This document shows, piece by piece, positions 35,020-47,144 of a stretch of DNA of 64,000 nt. Position 1 is the stretch's first letter, and every line of letters starts with the position of its first letter. This DNA comes from Selaginella moellendorffii (taxonomy: Eukaryota; Plantae; Lycopodiophyta): positions 248,001 through 312,000 of the forward strand of contig NW_003314326.1 in NCBI RefSeq assembly GCF_000143415.4, in the 5' to 3' direction. Below the pieces are notes generated by a model. That model saw only the letters and a program-made list of their open reading frames with translations, searched no databases and was not told the DNA's origin. The position numbers and the translations under genes are program-made.

Positions 35020-36514
35020 TTAGTCTCTGGGACAAACTCAAAACTTGCTAAATATGGAATGTCCCTAGATTGCAAATTTGGATACGAGATAAACACCATT
35101 GTGTTTAGGACAATCTTTACATTTTGTAGATAAGCCAAATTAAGCAAATCTAAACACTTTCCATAATTAGCATTTGGGACCGAAATGAGACTAATATAAA
35201 GGGCATGATAGTGAGGGTATACACGGTAAGCTATCATCTAGCGATATTGAGGGACTAGTCTCAATACGCGAGGGTTTTTGTCACTAGCCAATGCAAGACA
35301 TAACAAGACGGGAACTCCTTACCAGGCTAAATATGATTAGCTAATAACACATAAGAATTCCGTCTTTATGCTTGTCCGGTCTAAGTACACTTGAAATGCC
35401 CAGTTAACTCCACTAGCACAAGAGGGGTTACCAAAGGGATCCAATTGTACTGACCCCCTACCGTCATGGCAGTAAAGAAAGAGTGTTTGTAAGGACTAGC
35501 CAACAAGTATTTTTCGATACCTGAAGTCACATTCGTGACAGGAGTTGAGGTACCCATACCAAAACCATTATGCTATAATGTTTCCTCTTGGGGTCCCAAA
35601 TTAAAGATGCATTTAAAACTTAAAATTTAAAGGGTTATATGAATAAGTTTTGTTATATCAAGGGATGTTAAAAACTTGGAAGCTTTATGTGCTTTGCTGC
35701 TTATGTTTATAGGGAATGTAACCCAACCTTACTATAGTCTATCCTCGAGATGGGGATTGGGAGAGAGTATGAGAATCTGTGAAGTGATGGCTAACACTTC
35801 ATTGTTTGTGTAATGAGTAATTGAACTTACATAGAATCAAGTCAAAGTTCAAACAATATATATAAACTTTAGTAAAGGAACTTAGTTGAAACAAAGGCAA
35901 AAGTGGTCAAATAAATAAAGTAAACTAGCAAATTAGAAAAAAAAAAATTATAACTTACACTAATAAGAAATATGGTGAAGAAAAGAAACCCAAAGAAATG
36001 AAGTAGCACAATGTTAGTGTTAAAATACAAGATTTTTCCTGAAAAATTCAACATGGTTCACATGCCATTACAAATCTAAAGATTGAATATTAAAGAATAT
36101 TCTAAGAATCTTTGTCAAAAGAACTTAAGATTTAGAGATAAGAATGAACAAGAAAGCAAGCATTGACATAAAGAAACAAAGCAAAAACTCAAAAGTATAG
36201 GAAAAACCTTGAGAAAATAATCCAAAATCTTGACAGATCAAAATGAAATCATGCCCAAGGAAGAAAACATGATTTTTGATTACGTTGCTATGTGCTGCAC
36301 CAGCTCTATTCTTATGCTTCTCGACTCTCTCCTTAAACTGATGCTACCACCTAACCTAGGCAATAACAGCAACGTAAGTTGGATTTGGATTTTCTGGAGC
36401 TTCTGCTCTTATTGCAGTTGCAACTAGGCTGAAGAACAAAACGAACAAAGAGAAACAAATCCATCAACGTCGAGTGCTGTTGTTGCAAAGGACGGCCAAG
36501 GGAGAGATGTATTC

Positions 36515-38434
36515 TTAATTCGTTCTCATGCATTCCCCAACGGCTGCCCCATGAGCTCGGCAACAGTAAAAGACCGGCTCATCAGTGCGAGACCATCTTC
36601 GACATGGCCGGGAAATGCCGTATTCAACCACCACACCAGGACATTTCTTGATCGCTTTCTTTTCCAGACTCCTGGCTGGTCTCAGGTTTAGCAACTCATC
36701 GAGTGCTAACAAACACATGTGAACGTCCCCCAGCTTTTTGAACATAAGAGGTTGACTGGTGACTGCATCCCAATTTACGGACAAATCCTCATTATCTGAA
36801 TCCTCCTCCTCAGGTTTATCTGAATCCTCCTCTTGTGGATCTGCCTGTGCATTGATGTAGTTGACAACGTTTCCCTCAATCTCTCCCAAATCATCCTGCG
36901 TCACACTCTCAGGCATCAGGTAAACAAACTGATGCTCTACACTTAAATTCCTCGACAGCCATCTTGGCAGCACCTGCTCCTGCCAAAAACCGTGTGATCT
37001 CTTCCTTCGTTTTTTCTTCCATTTTGAAACCCTGATTTGCACTGCCTTGATCGTCAGCACAGAACCCTCTAGCCTCAGGTAGATGACATCCAAGGCTTTC
37101 TCGTTGAACGCCTCAGGTCCAACCAGCACACCATCAGCGAGCTCCTCTGTCGACAAGTCCCTGAGAAATTTTGCTTCACGTCCATGCTTGTATGTCTTGT
37201 AGTGCTTGAACTCTAACCCTTCCCACAGCTTCCCTTGATACCTCATCACTGAAACAATCAAACCTTCCACATTCCAGCCGACGCGAGGCGGATTCCTGTT
37301 CGTTCCTGTGCAATCCATTCTCACAGCACCTACCCAACGTTGAATGTCTTCATACTGGAGAGTGCTCTTCAAATTCTTGTTCTGTTCCATGATGTAGAAC
37401 TCCGCTCTAGACCGTAAGTATGGGCACAGGAGCCTGAACCTGGAACCGTCCTTGTAAAAACACGTGAGATCCACTGGCCCCTGAAGGAGAGCACTTAGCT
37501 CACCCCTTGTAACCAAGTCCAAGGCAGCTGCGAGCTGCTCCTTAGTGGTCTGCAATGCAATGAACTTATCAAACAACTTTCTTGTGTAAGTTTCTTCGAT
37601 CTTCTCCATGAACTTGTTACTGTTTCCCTTCACTTCCTCGAAGAACCTCAAAAGCTGAGGTATTCCACCGGTTAAACGTTCAAGCGCTTTAAGTTCAGTC
37701 TTGTCAAGACTCGACTGCGCAATCCACGTTTCCAGCTCACTGCTGTTGTAAGGTCCATCAAAGTCGAAACTCGGTAAAGGCTTGTCGGTGACGGTGTTGA
37801 TCCTGCGCTCCCTACTGTTGGTCGAAGACAGCTTAACAAGGATATGGCGAAACGACACTGCCTCCTTCAAAGACGACATTAAGCTTGGAAAATCCTCAAA
37901 CCTATCCCAGTCGTCTACCACGAACAGCAATGGATCGTTTATTCGGCGCCGACACCAGCCAACCAGCTCACCCAGCGTGGTCATCCCAGCCACACTTTCG
38001 TCACCTCGCGTGGCCACTAACAACGCATGTTGAAGAACGTCAGCCGGAGATTCAACGAAACGACGGGTAGAAATGTAGACGACTGGTTTTTTCTGCACCC
38101 CGAGCATGTTACCGGTAATGGAGCTCATGACGGTGGTTTTTCCGGTTCCTTTAGCTCCCTGAACCTGCAACTGAGCACCCCTGCGCAGCCTCGAAATCCT
38201 GTCCAGTAAATCCTTGGCTTTGGCCCTGCCTATGTACCTGTATTCTTCGGACTCGTACTCACTGCTAAAGCTGCGGGTGGGTTGTATGAGAGTTTGGAAC
38301 TTGGTCGTATCCCACAAGAAATCATCCGGCATGTTGCCATAGACGGCCTCAAGCTCGTCGAGAAGCCCCAAGGCCTCCTCAATCAAGGAAATACCTGGGT
38401 CGCCACGCTGCCGCTTCCTAGATGCGTCTCCCAT
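36515..38434 (-). CDS. P-loop NTPase + restriction-endonuclease-fold protein with C-terminal Cys/His cluster (Crinkler/RHS 'CR' effector-like), ~639 aa, intronless
   Basis: Uninterrupted ORF with first ATG at 38434. Walker A GAKGTGKT, Walker B LLFVVDD, GxP helix TGGIPQLL, REase-like GWNVE...PEAFNEKALDVI...AVQIRVS, basic NLS-like RKRQR and KKKRRKR, and terminal C-x12-C-x12-CC-x2-H. Confidence 0.8.
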   Translation of the reverse strand: MGDASRKRQRGDPGISLIEEALGLLDELEAVYGNMPDDFLWDTTKFQTLIQPTRSFSSEYESEEYRYIGRAKAKDLLDRISRLRRGAQLQVQGAKGTGKTTVMSSITGNMLGVQKKPVVYISTRRFVESPADVLQHALLVATRGDESVAGMTTLGELVGWCRRRINDPLLFVVDDWDRFEDFPSLMSSLKEAVSFRHILVKLSSTNSRERRINTVTDKPLPSFDFDGPYNSSELETWIAQSSLDKTELKALERLTGGIPQLLRFFEEVKGNSNKFMEKIEETYTRKLFDKFIALQTTKEQLAAALDLVTRGELSALLQGPVDLTCFYKDGSRFRLLCPYLRSRAEFYIMEQNKNLKSTLQYEDIQRWVGAVRMDCTGTNRNPPRVGWNVEGLIVSVMRYQGKLWEGLEFKHYKTYKHGREAKFLRDLSTEELADGVLVGPEAFNEKALDVIYLRLEGSVLTIKAVQIRVSKWKKKRRKRSHGFWQEQVLPRWLSRNLSVEHQFVYLMPESVTQDDLGEIEGNVVNYINAQADPQEEDSDKPEEEDSDNEDLSVNWDAVTSQPLMFKKLGDVHMCLLALDELLNLRPARSLEKKAIKKCPGVVVEYGISRPCRRWSRTDEPVFYCCRAHGAAVGECMRTN

Positions 38435-39782
38435 GAAAACCAAGCCGCAAGACCTAAGAGGATGATTCTTGGTTTTTATCAATTTCTGCACGGCATAGTC
38501 CCTGAGAAACGCAACATACCCATGTCCTCAAATATACGCAGAGATAATTTGGAAACACCTCCAATCCGGTTGATCAACTGCAACCTAATTTGATGTTCGC
38601 GCCCACATCACCATTTTAGATTTTGCAAAGAGGTGCTACTTTTCCCGATAGTAACAAGCCTGCTCAATTGCGACTTCGATGCGAGACATAGTCTGCTTCC
38701 CCCTGCAATATTTTCCTGTCAATCTCGTCCAAAACGCCTTACTCATCGTCAGCAGTTAGTGATGAAGAGCGAGCTGAGCTTTTCCTTGCTTCAGCTTCAG
38801 CCTGAGCATAAACTCAATTAAGATAGAACAAAGAAAAGAGCAAGTACCTTGTCTTTGGCATGCCAATGCTGGGAAAAGGGATCTCGCAAGGTCTGCATCA
38901 GAGCTGGTAGCCAGACTAGCAAAGCTCATGGCTGCAAACAAATACTAAGTCAGAGACCAAGTGATTACTCTCACCCACATGACAGGGTGTGTTGGCATCA
39001 CTCTCACAACTCACGTCTCCTCAGCCCATTCCTAAAATAAAATAAGTTTCCTAAGAGGATCCTAAGAGGATCTGACATGACATGCAGTCTAAAGCTACGG
39101 CTGCAGCAATCGAGACGAGCAAATGATTTGGCTTAAGATCCTTGACCACCTTGACAGCAACATCGCTACTCTACCGGACACGGGTGTTGCAAGAAAAAAA
39201 CGATTGGAGACGTCTTCATGCCTCGTTTCTCAGGATCTCTAGCTACAAGCACGCTTTGAGCTAGAGGACATGGTTTGCTGATTGGGAGCGCTATTCATGC
39301 ACGTCCGCTGCTAGAAAACAGAACGCATGCCGCGAGCCCTCTGCCATGGACCCTGCAACGATATAATCTAAAGCACGTCTGAGGAAGCTCCCTATTTTAA
39401 GCAAAAACACGTCTCCTCTCAAAATAAGTGAAAAAACGAGCAGACAAAATGGACCTACTACTGAGTTGAACAGGACATCCTTGATCACCTGCAAGCCATC
39501 ACTTTGATTTTGAGACAAAGTGTATATCTATCTTAGTTACTATCGTTTGAAAATATTAGAACAATAAAACAAAATCAAACAAGTGCTTTGAATCTGAAAT
39601 GTGACCTTTCTGCATATATGCTGCCATCATGGACATGCACAAAACAACTTCCTGGGATTGGGATCAATCTAAATGAAGGCTGGAGTAGAGAGTTTTGCAT
39701 CAGCCTATGCTAAGCAATCACATTTTATAAGAATTTTTATTGCATTGGAAACTGTTTGCTAAGCATTCAATTAAGTTTACTG

Positions 39783-42700
39783 TGTTGGGGGAAGGAGGGG
39801 CACCTCCCCCAACGCTCACTCAAACACGAGAAATGTTTCACTACTCTTCGCAAAATACCCCCCTTTGCCCTTATGAGGCAAGGGTTTTATATAAGGAAGA
39901 TAGGGAATATTCTGAGGGCTAAAATATTTCTTCTCTCTCTCTCACTCTCTTGGCCACGCCCTAACATGTGACCACGGTGGATCGCATTGGCTCCAGATGC
40001 ACAAGAACCCTCCGAATAGTGACTGCGGCTATTGATGCTAAGTGCTATGTGAAATAGTAGAAACTCTAAAAAACAAAGTGGAAAAGAAAGAAAAGAGGTA
40101 GGTGTAAAGTTTGGAGACATGGAGGAAAACCCGGTGGGAAACCCTGTAGTCAAATTAGACACTGGAGTTGAAGGAAAGTGTAGAAAAAATGTAAAAAGAG
40201 GAGGAAAATAGAGGAAAAAATAAAATAAAATATGAGTACTCAAAGAACTTAACCCGTACCTGGATTTCAGCTCAGGAAAGTGTAATATGCAAATGCAGCC
40301 TCTTGATGACTTCCAATATGCTCCAAAGATTGGCCGACTTTGAGAAAGAAAGAGAGGTAAAAGAGGGAATGTGTTGCCCAAGGGTGGTAAGTGTGGAAAT
40401 GATGAAAGATGGAGTGATATAGTGGAGTGCTAAGATGGTGGTGGCACTTTGAAAAGGCGGCCATGGATAACTGTTGGCCTGTAGAGTAAGCGCTAACCAC
40501 TTGGAGTAGCTGGTAACCGGTAACCAGTAACTAGTAACCAGTAACCGGGGACTTGTAACTTGCAATCAGTAACCAGTGTCTTTGGCTCCTACTCCTACGC
40601 CTGTTCCAGTATTGATATGACAGAGTGATATGGTAGAGCGATGAGATGGTGGTGGCACTCTGAAAAGGTGACCAGTCTAATGTGTTAGACTGAAGAAGTT
40701 AGCATTTGAAAAGGATGGCATAGTACTAGGTTGCCGGTAAAGAGAGGTGGCATGTGTCCACTGAGTGCTGGAGTAGAAGAAAGTGGCTTTGGCTTCTGTG
40801 GCCTTGCCTAAAGATTCACCTAGGTGCCTTGAGTGAACAAGTTCACCTGGTTGGAAGAAAGTCGCTCCAGAAAAGCTAGTGAGTTGTCGGCAAATGGTCG
40901 TAAGGACATCTCGGACATAGCACGTCCAAATGAGGTGGTGTCTTTTGCTGCTGGTGCATGTATGTGCATCCGTGGTATGGTGTAAATGTGACCTCAAACG
41001 GAGATGTGAATGATGGTGAAAGAATGAAAGATGAAAGATGGGCATCTAGAGATAACTTCGGGCAACATTGCTGGAAGTGATTGGTGATCGAACTATGAGT
41101 CTAGATGATATGGAATGGGTGAGGGGAATGTGTGGGGTGTAGTAATGGTAAGGGAAGGGCCAAAGAACCTGGAACATAGACCGAGCCAAATGAGGAACCT
41201 CCATACAAACGGCAATACAACACCAAATCCAAGGCATGGGCCATGGTTCAATGGGGAAACACCCTCTGAAAGGAAGAAAAGTAGCCATGAAACTAAAGTG
41301 AAAGAAAGGAAAAAAAAAGAAAAAGAAAAAGAAGAGAAGAGGAATGCCTCACCGGATGAAATGTTTGAGATGAGAGTGGTTGTGAGCATGTGAGAGCTCA
41401 CGTCCATTAGAATCAATTAGCACATATGCTCTGCCTCCAATGTGTCGCTGGACAAAGTAGGGGCCAGCGAGGGGAGAATTTCGAAGGTGGTGTAAACTCC
41501 TTGAGTAGAACGAGATCACCATCCTCGAATGGTTTGGCAGACCGTTGGTGATCAATGACTGACTTGATTTTCTACTTGCCTCGAAGGAGATGTTCAGTCA
41601 TGGATCGTCGTTGTTCCTCCAAGGCAAGAACCTCCAAGTCACGTGCATGAAACTTGTCCTCATCGCTAAGCTGCATCACTGCTGCGTATTGAAGTGAAAG
41701 TGAGAGTGATGGCACCTGGATCTCCACTGGAAGTACGGCCTCTGTCCCATAGACAAGGGAGAATGGGGCGCAAAGATGGATGTCTTGAAGGACACCCAAA
41801 AGGCCCACAACACCGTAACCAAGTGTTCGTGCTAACGCCTTGGGTGATCCTCCACAAGCTTTGAGATGACTGTCTTCAATATCTTGTTGCTGGACTTTGC
41901 CTGGCCGTTGCACTCAGGATAATAACTACTGCTCTTCACGTGCTTGACCTGCCGCTGCTGGAGAAGATGCATCACACACTTCCACCGCATGCAAAAAGTT
42001 GGTTGGAACTCTTGGATGGTCACAATCCAAGATAAAGTACGAGGACTGTGAACTGATCGCTGTAAAAGAAAGGTTAGTACAGTAAAACAGACATAGGAAT
42101 GGATACAGGCTCCAGCAAGAAAGTGACAGAATGGCTCCAAGGTATAACCAACAGCCACCACTACTTTTTCTGCATCCGTATACTTCTTTCCAGTCTCCTT
42201 GAACGAATATGAGGCATAATATGTTGCATGTGGTGGCTTGCTAGGCTGTGAACGTTGGCAAAGGCATATTCCAAAAGCCTCTATATCCATCTTGGTGTAA
42301 ATTTCGAAAGGGAGTTGTTGTTCTAGTGGTTGGAGTACCAGAGGCCCCACGGTAGGAAATTTTGAACTCAAAGAGTTATAACTCGCATGCAGCACGTCCG
42401 ATTGGCTTGATTCTTTTTGCCTGTTGTGGGTCTGGATGTAATCCTTTGTCTCCAAAAAACGGCATGACAAAATACGCTTGGAGTCGTTAGCTACTGCGAT
42501 TTGAGTAGGAAGATGTGGGCTGTATGACACCGTAGGTAGTTGCTGAGGAGAATTGAGTTCAGCTGTGTCCTATGAAAGATGGGCCTGGTCTGGAGTGACT
42601 GTGTCATCAAGCTCTATAAGAGAGAGTTGGTCCCATGCAAGAAACGAATCGAGGAGCCCTTCCTCTATCAAGAAACACTCCGAAAAGCTGGATATGGGAG

Positions 42701-45700
42701 CCTATACTCTATAAGCCCTGCCATCAAATAAAGAGGGCGTGTCTAGAGGCTCGGCCTTACTCTCAAATAAAGAGAGTGAAGCTGAGAGATGTCTTGGGCT
42801 ACCTGACTCACCTCCAACCATGTCAATTGCATTGCATGAGAAAGCACCTGTCATATAGACGATTGACACTGCCAACTCAGGAAAAACCTCTGTGAGGTCA
42901 GGAGGAAAGTATGGTGTGGAGGCCATCTTAGTCCGAGCTTGCTGGGCTTGTTGAGAAAGAGCTCTGCCATGGTTATTGAGAAAGGTGGCACTGTGGGTTC
43001 GATCACTAATTTCCATCTTGCCTTATGCGCTGTCAATGGTGCAATGGGCTATGACTTGTTATGAACGGCCAAGGATGATAGAGTCCTTCAAAGAGGATGT
43101 TCCAAGATGTTGGTAGTCAACCACGAGGAAATTGACCTCAGAAATAACACCCTGCACAGAGACTTTGACACCACAGCAAATGCCTACCGGAGGAACGGTG
43201 TGGTTGGCAAAGGTTTTGAGCATGATGGAGGAGCTCTCAGTGATCTGTAGCTGTGCTAAAAGGGCAGCCTCAAGAGAGATAATGTTGCTTCCAGAACCGG
43301 AGTCAACCAAAGCATCCATCTTACAAGAGGAAGTACCAATTTGCACCGGGACAAAGAATGGACCAAGATCTCCACCATATCTTGTCATGTCGACAATGTG
43401 CACCTCTTGAGGAGTCCCCTTGAGAGTGCTCTCTAGTGTTCCTGACCATGCACTCCTCTAAACACTGGCCGAATCCAGGGAGACAACATGTCTCGGAGTG
43501 AAAAGGTGACGGGAGTGTCAACCAGTTGTTGAAGAACCAGCTCCAAAACAGGAATAGCTGTTGGTGAGATCGCAGGAGGAGAAGAGAGTAGTGACTTGAA
43601 GGGGAGCTTACAAGCCACCCTCTGTATCATTAGATCTGGTGCCAATGAAGGTTCGCTCTCAATTGGTGCCGGGGGATCTAGAGTAGGCTGAGCGGCTACC
43701 TTCTTCTTCGCTTGGGCTCAAGTGGCTGCGGTTTGCTACTATTGCCTATAGAGTTCCTCAGCTACCAAAATTGTGTTGACCAATGAGGCTGGTGCCTTGC
43801 CTTTGCTTGACGAAGGGGCTGCCTCAATCACTTGTCGCTCCAACTGCTCCTGATATGTCTCTGGACCCTGAGACGATGTGGAGTTGTCCGCAAAGGGACG
43901 TTGTTGGACATATTGAGAAGATGGAGGCCGAAGCTCTAGGTGAAGCTTGAAGCAGCGCTGTGTGTTGTGTGTGTTCGTCTCACAGTGAGTGCACCAACGG
44001 GATTTAAATCTACATTCTCGAGCTGTAGCAGCCTCTTTCCTGGACTCCACTAGCTCCTGGAGCAGTTTGTCATGGTGTGATTACTGTCACCGTGGATCCT
44101 TGGAACCTTGGGGGATAAATGGGGATAAAATAGCCACTAAGGGCTCTCTCATCAAGCAATTACCCCTTTTCCAGTTGGCTTAAGGGGAGAGAGATAAGGT
44201 GCGCTACAGTGGCAAATGAAAATGCCTTACGGTAAGAGCTGAATGTCTTCTTAAGAAGTTTCCGTTGCAAGTTCCCATGCAAACCCGCTGTAAATGCCGT
44301 AATCCTCTGTTGCTTATCTTGGACCAGTCTGCGATCCCAACATTACTTCCAGTAAGCTTGAAACCGTGTGATGTAGTCAGAAACAGACTCGTGAGCACCC
44401 TGTAGGAACGAAAAAAGGTCGACAAGTAGCCGATTTGTGGGTTTTTCCTCAACGAAGCGTTCTCTAAAAGAAGCAACTAGTGTCTAGAAGTCTATCCGGT
44501 CCTCTGGGAGGAGAGAATCTACCCAGGTTGCTGCTTTGCCTTCAAGAGACTGCAAGAAGTCGTGGCACATACGATCATCATCGACGATCATGTTTATGGT
44601 GCAGTAGTAATCAAAGTGACTAATGTGCGATGTTGGAGAGACTGTTCCAACACCTGAGAAGGTTGGCAGATCACTCCCCTTCTACAGAACATGGAGCTGA
44701 GGTCGAGCTAAAGGTGGCTGCGCCATAGCTCGTAGATATAAGTTATTGGAATCTGCCGAGGATGAAGAGGACTCGGCCTGAGAAGGTGCAGTGTCATACC
44801 TAAGCTGCCTTTGGATGTTAGAAAGTTTACTCCGTGCCTTAGGGCCTTGAGGTACAGTAAAAGGGTGCCAATTTGTCGCATGTCTAGTTTGTACCGGCAT
44901 CAAATACCCTGAACACTGCAAATGCCCGGTCAAGGCAACTAGGTTGATAGGAGCAAGAAGACTATAGGCTAGTGCTCAAGTTGCTCAAAGTTGCCCAAAA
45001 TGCATGTGATGAAGAGAAATAAGGGCCGAAAGGGAAGTAGATGTAAGCCTCAAGCATGCGTAACCCATAGGGTAACCGCCAGAGTAGCCGCTGGAGTAGC
45101 CACTGGAGTACCCGCTAGAGTGGCCAGTAACCGATAACCCGTAACCAGTAACCGGGGATCTGTAACCTATAACCGGTAACCCCTACTCTCGCTCCTACCC
45201 CTGTGCCTGTTCCAACACCAACTCCTATCCTTGTGCCTGTTCCTACCGTCCCTATTCCTACGCCAACTCTTGTTTCTACTCCTCCTGTTCCTGTTCCTAT
45301 GACTACCTGTTCCTTGAAGATTGCTTCGTTCCCAAGGAACTCCTAATAAAGTTTAGCCCAAAAGAGAAAAATGAGTCCCTTGGTCGCAATTCTTCCCCAT
45401 TTTGACTGTTGGTGGGCTTGTTGGAAAGAGCTCAGCCCCGTCTACCCTCTATCGTAGGAATTTGGGAAAAATCCACCTCAATATTCCCTGAAATCCACGA
45501 AGAGGTAGCCCAAAATGCCAATATTGTGGAAAAACATGTGCATGTCCGTGATGTAGATCAATACTAAGGCGCCATTTGTATTTTTGATAAGCCTAGGACC
45601 AAGAGCACCTTTAGAGACAAACGGCATCCAAAACAAAGCTAGGAGGAGTACAAATTCCTACTCCAAAGATGACCCAATCTAGTCGGGGAAGAAAATCCTT

Positions 45701-46246
45701 TTGCATGCCATCAATTCGCCCAAATCTAGTGCCAAGAATCACCACTACTCGTAGATCTATGCCAGATCTACAAGCCCAAATGCACTACCTTGAGAAATTG
45801 GGCTGAGGAACCAAGCGAGAAAGTGAAAGTGGCTTCATTTGACTGAGCCAAGAAACGTTGTATCTCTTCAAATACTGCACAGTTTGATGAGTGCCATACC
45901 TTGCTAGAAAGAGGAGCTCTAGACCTATCCAATACGCCCAAGATCAAAGAAAACTACCACAAGACGAACAAGGAATTCCTTCCCAAATTCTGCGGCCAAA
46001 AGAAAAAGAGAGAAATGACGCTTCAGAAAGTGCTGCACATCACGCCGAGTTCACCATTTTTTGGGGGAAGGAAGGGCACCTCCCCCAACGCTCGCTCAAA
46101 CACGAAAAATGCTTCACTACTCTTCGCAAAATGCCCCCCCCTTGCCCTTGTGAGGCAAGGGTTTTATACAAGGAAGATGGGGAATATTCTGAGGGCTAGA
46201 ATATTCCGTCTCTCTCTCTCACTCTCTCGGTGGCCACGCCCTAACA
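39783..46246 (-). mobile_element. Non-chromovirus Ty3/gypsy deletion derivative with short (~185 bp) LTRs and tRNA-Trp-like PBS
   Basis: LTRs 39783-39966 and 46059-46246; PBS at 46041-46056. Zinc knuckle CTHCETNTHNTQRC, protease ALVDSGSGSNII, RNase H fragment and Athila/Tat-style integrase end (SSYYPECNGQAKSSNK, PFSLVYGTEAVLPVE, GPY). RT core not seen; no clean TSD. Confidence 0.85.
44082..44208 (+). mobile_element. 5'-truncated LTR of the TRIM family at 29977
   Basis: High identity to 30525-30649, ending ...GCGCTACA. Confidence 0.85.
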
Positions 46247-46668
46247 ACGGGAACCATTTAATCCACAAAAGTTGTATTCATCAATTAGGAATAAAAGGAA
46301 CATCTTGTTCCTTTATTAATTTATTTAGTTCCTGCCTAAGCGGGAGCTAAGTCTCATGGAGGCAGGAGACTAGCTAATGTGCTGTGGACAGGTTTTGCAA
46401 AGTACACTATATGAGGCTTTTTGTGGATGAAGTTCAGGGTGAAGACAACAGTGGTGTGGACTATCTCCACAAAATGGAGGGGGAGACCCCACAACACCTC
46501 TTTCTCTTGGAAGTACATAGCTCTATGACAACACTCTCAATCATTACATGAAACTGTTGAGGACTCAACTCAGTTGACAGTTGACTCAACAACAAGAGTG
46601 TAGCTCAAGTCCCATATCTGCAAGATTAGTTTAGAAGGAGGCATTGATGTTTTGTGCCTACAGGAACA

Positions 46669-46955
46669 ATGCTTTATTTCGTTAAAGTGGAACTTATTCA
46701 GTAAAGTGGGACATTAATTAGCATGTGTCCACATGCCATTTCCTAGTACTTAATTAATATTTATTAATATTTCTATCAGTTTTTTAATTTATTTTTTATA
46801 TTTCACAATATTATAACACAAAATCATATGAAAAGTTTTTAATTTATAAATTATAAAGCTAAAACTTCAATTTTTTATTGTTGTTATAAAAATGGCATGT
46901 GGCCACACACCAGAAGTGGGATAATGAAAAATTCCACTTTAACAAAATAAAGCAT
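46669..46955. mobile_element. MITE, 287 bp, ~23 bp TIRs, apparent 4 bp TSD AACA
   Basis: ATGCTTTATTTCGTTAAAGTGGA ... TCCACTTTAACAAAATAAAGCAT with an AT-rich core. Removing it and one AACA restores the LINE frame CLQEHKM. Confidence 0.85.
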
Positions 46956-47144
46956 AACACAAAATGATGAAGGCCCCAGACTTTAACCTGGGGATGAGGG
47001 AAGGCTTTAGTGGAACCCAGCTACTCAAGTGGTGGCCAGACCGGGAGGGGACACAACTATAGTTGAGAAGTTTGAAGTGTATCACAACTTTGCTCAAGTA
47101 TAGAACCATATGGTCTTGGTTTCAGGAAAAGGAAGCACTTTGAC

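Larger units (their letters stand above)
18638..35540 (-). mobile_element. Ty3/gypsy chromovirus, full-length but decayed, with three nested insertions; TSD GGAGT
   Basis: TG...CA LTRs at 18638-19327 (internally deleted) and 32849-35540. GGAGT on both flanks. Degenerate tRNA-iMet PBS at ~32838-32846 and PPT at 19328-19340. Contains gag with zinc knuckle, protease (MMIDIGATHN), RT (YEFLVMPFGLCNA), RNase H, integrase (HPQTDRQAE, GPY) and chromodomain. Confidence 0.92.
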
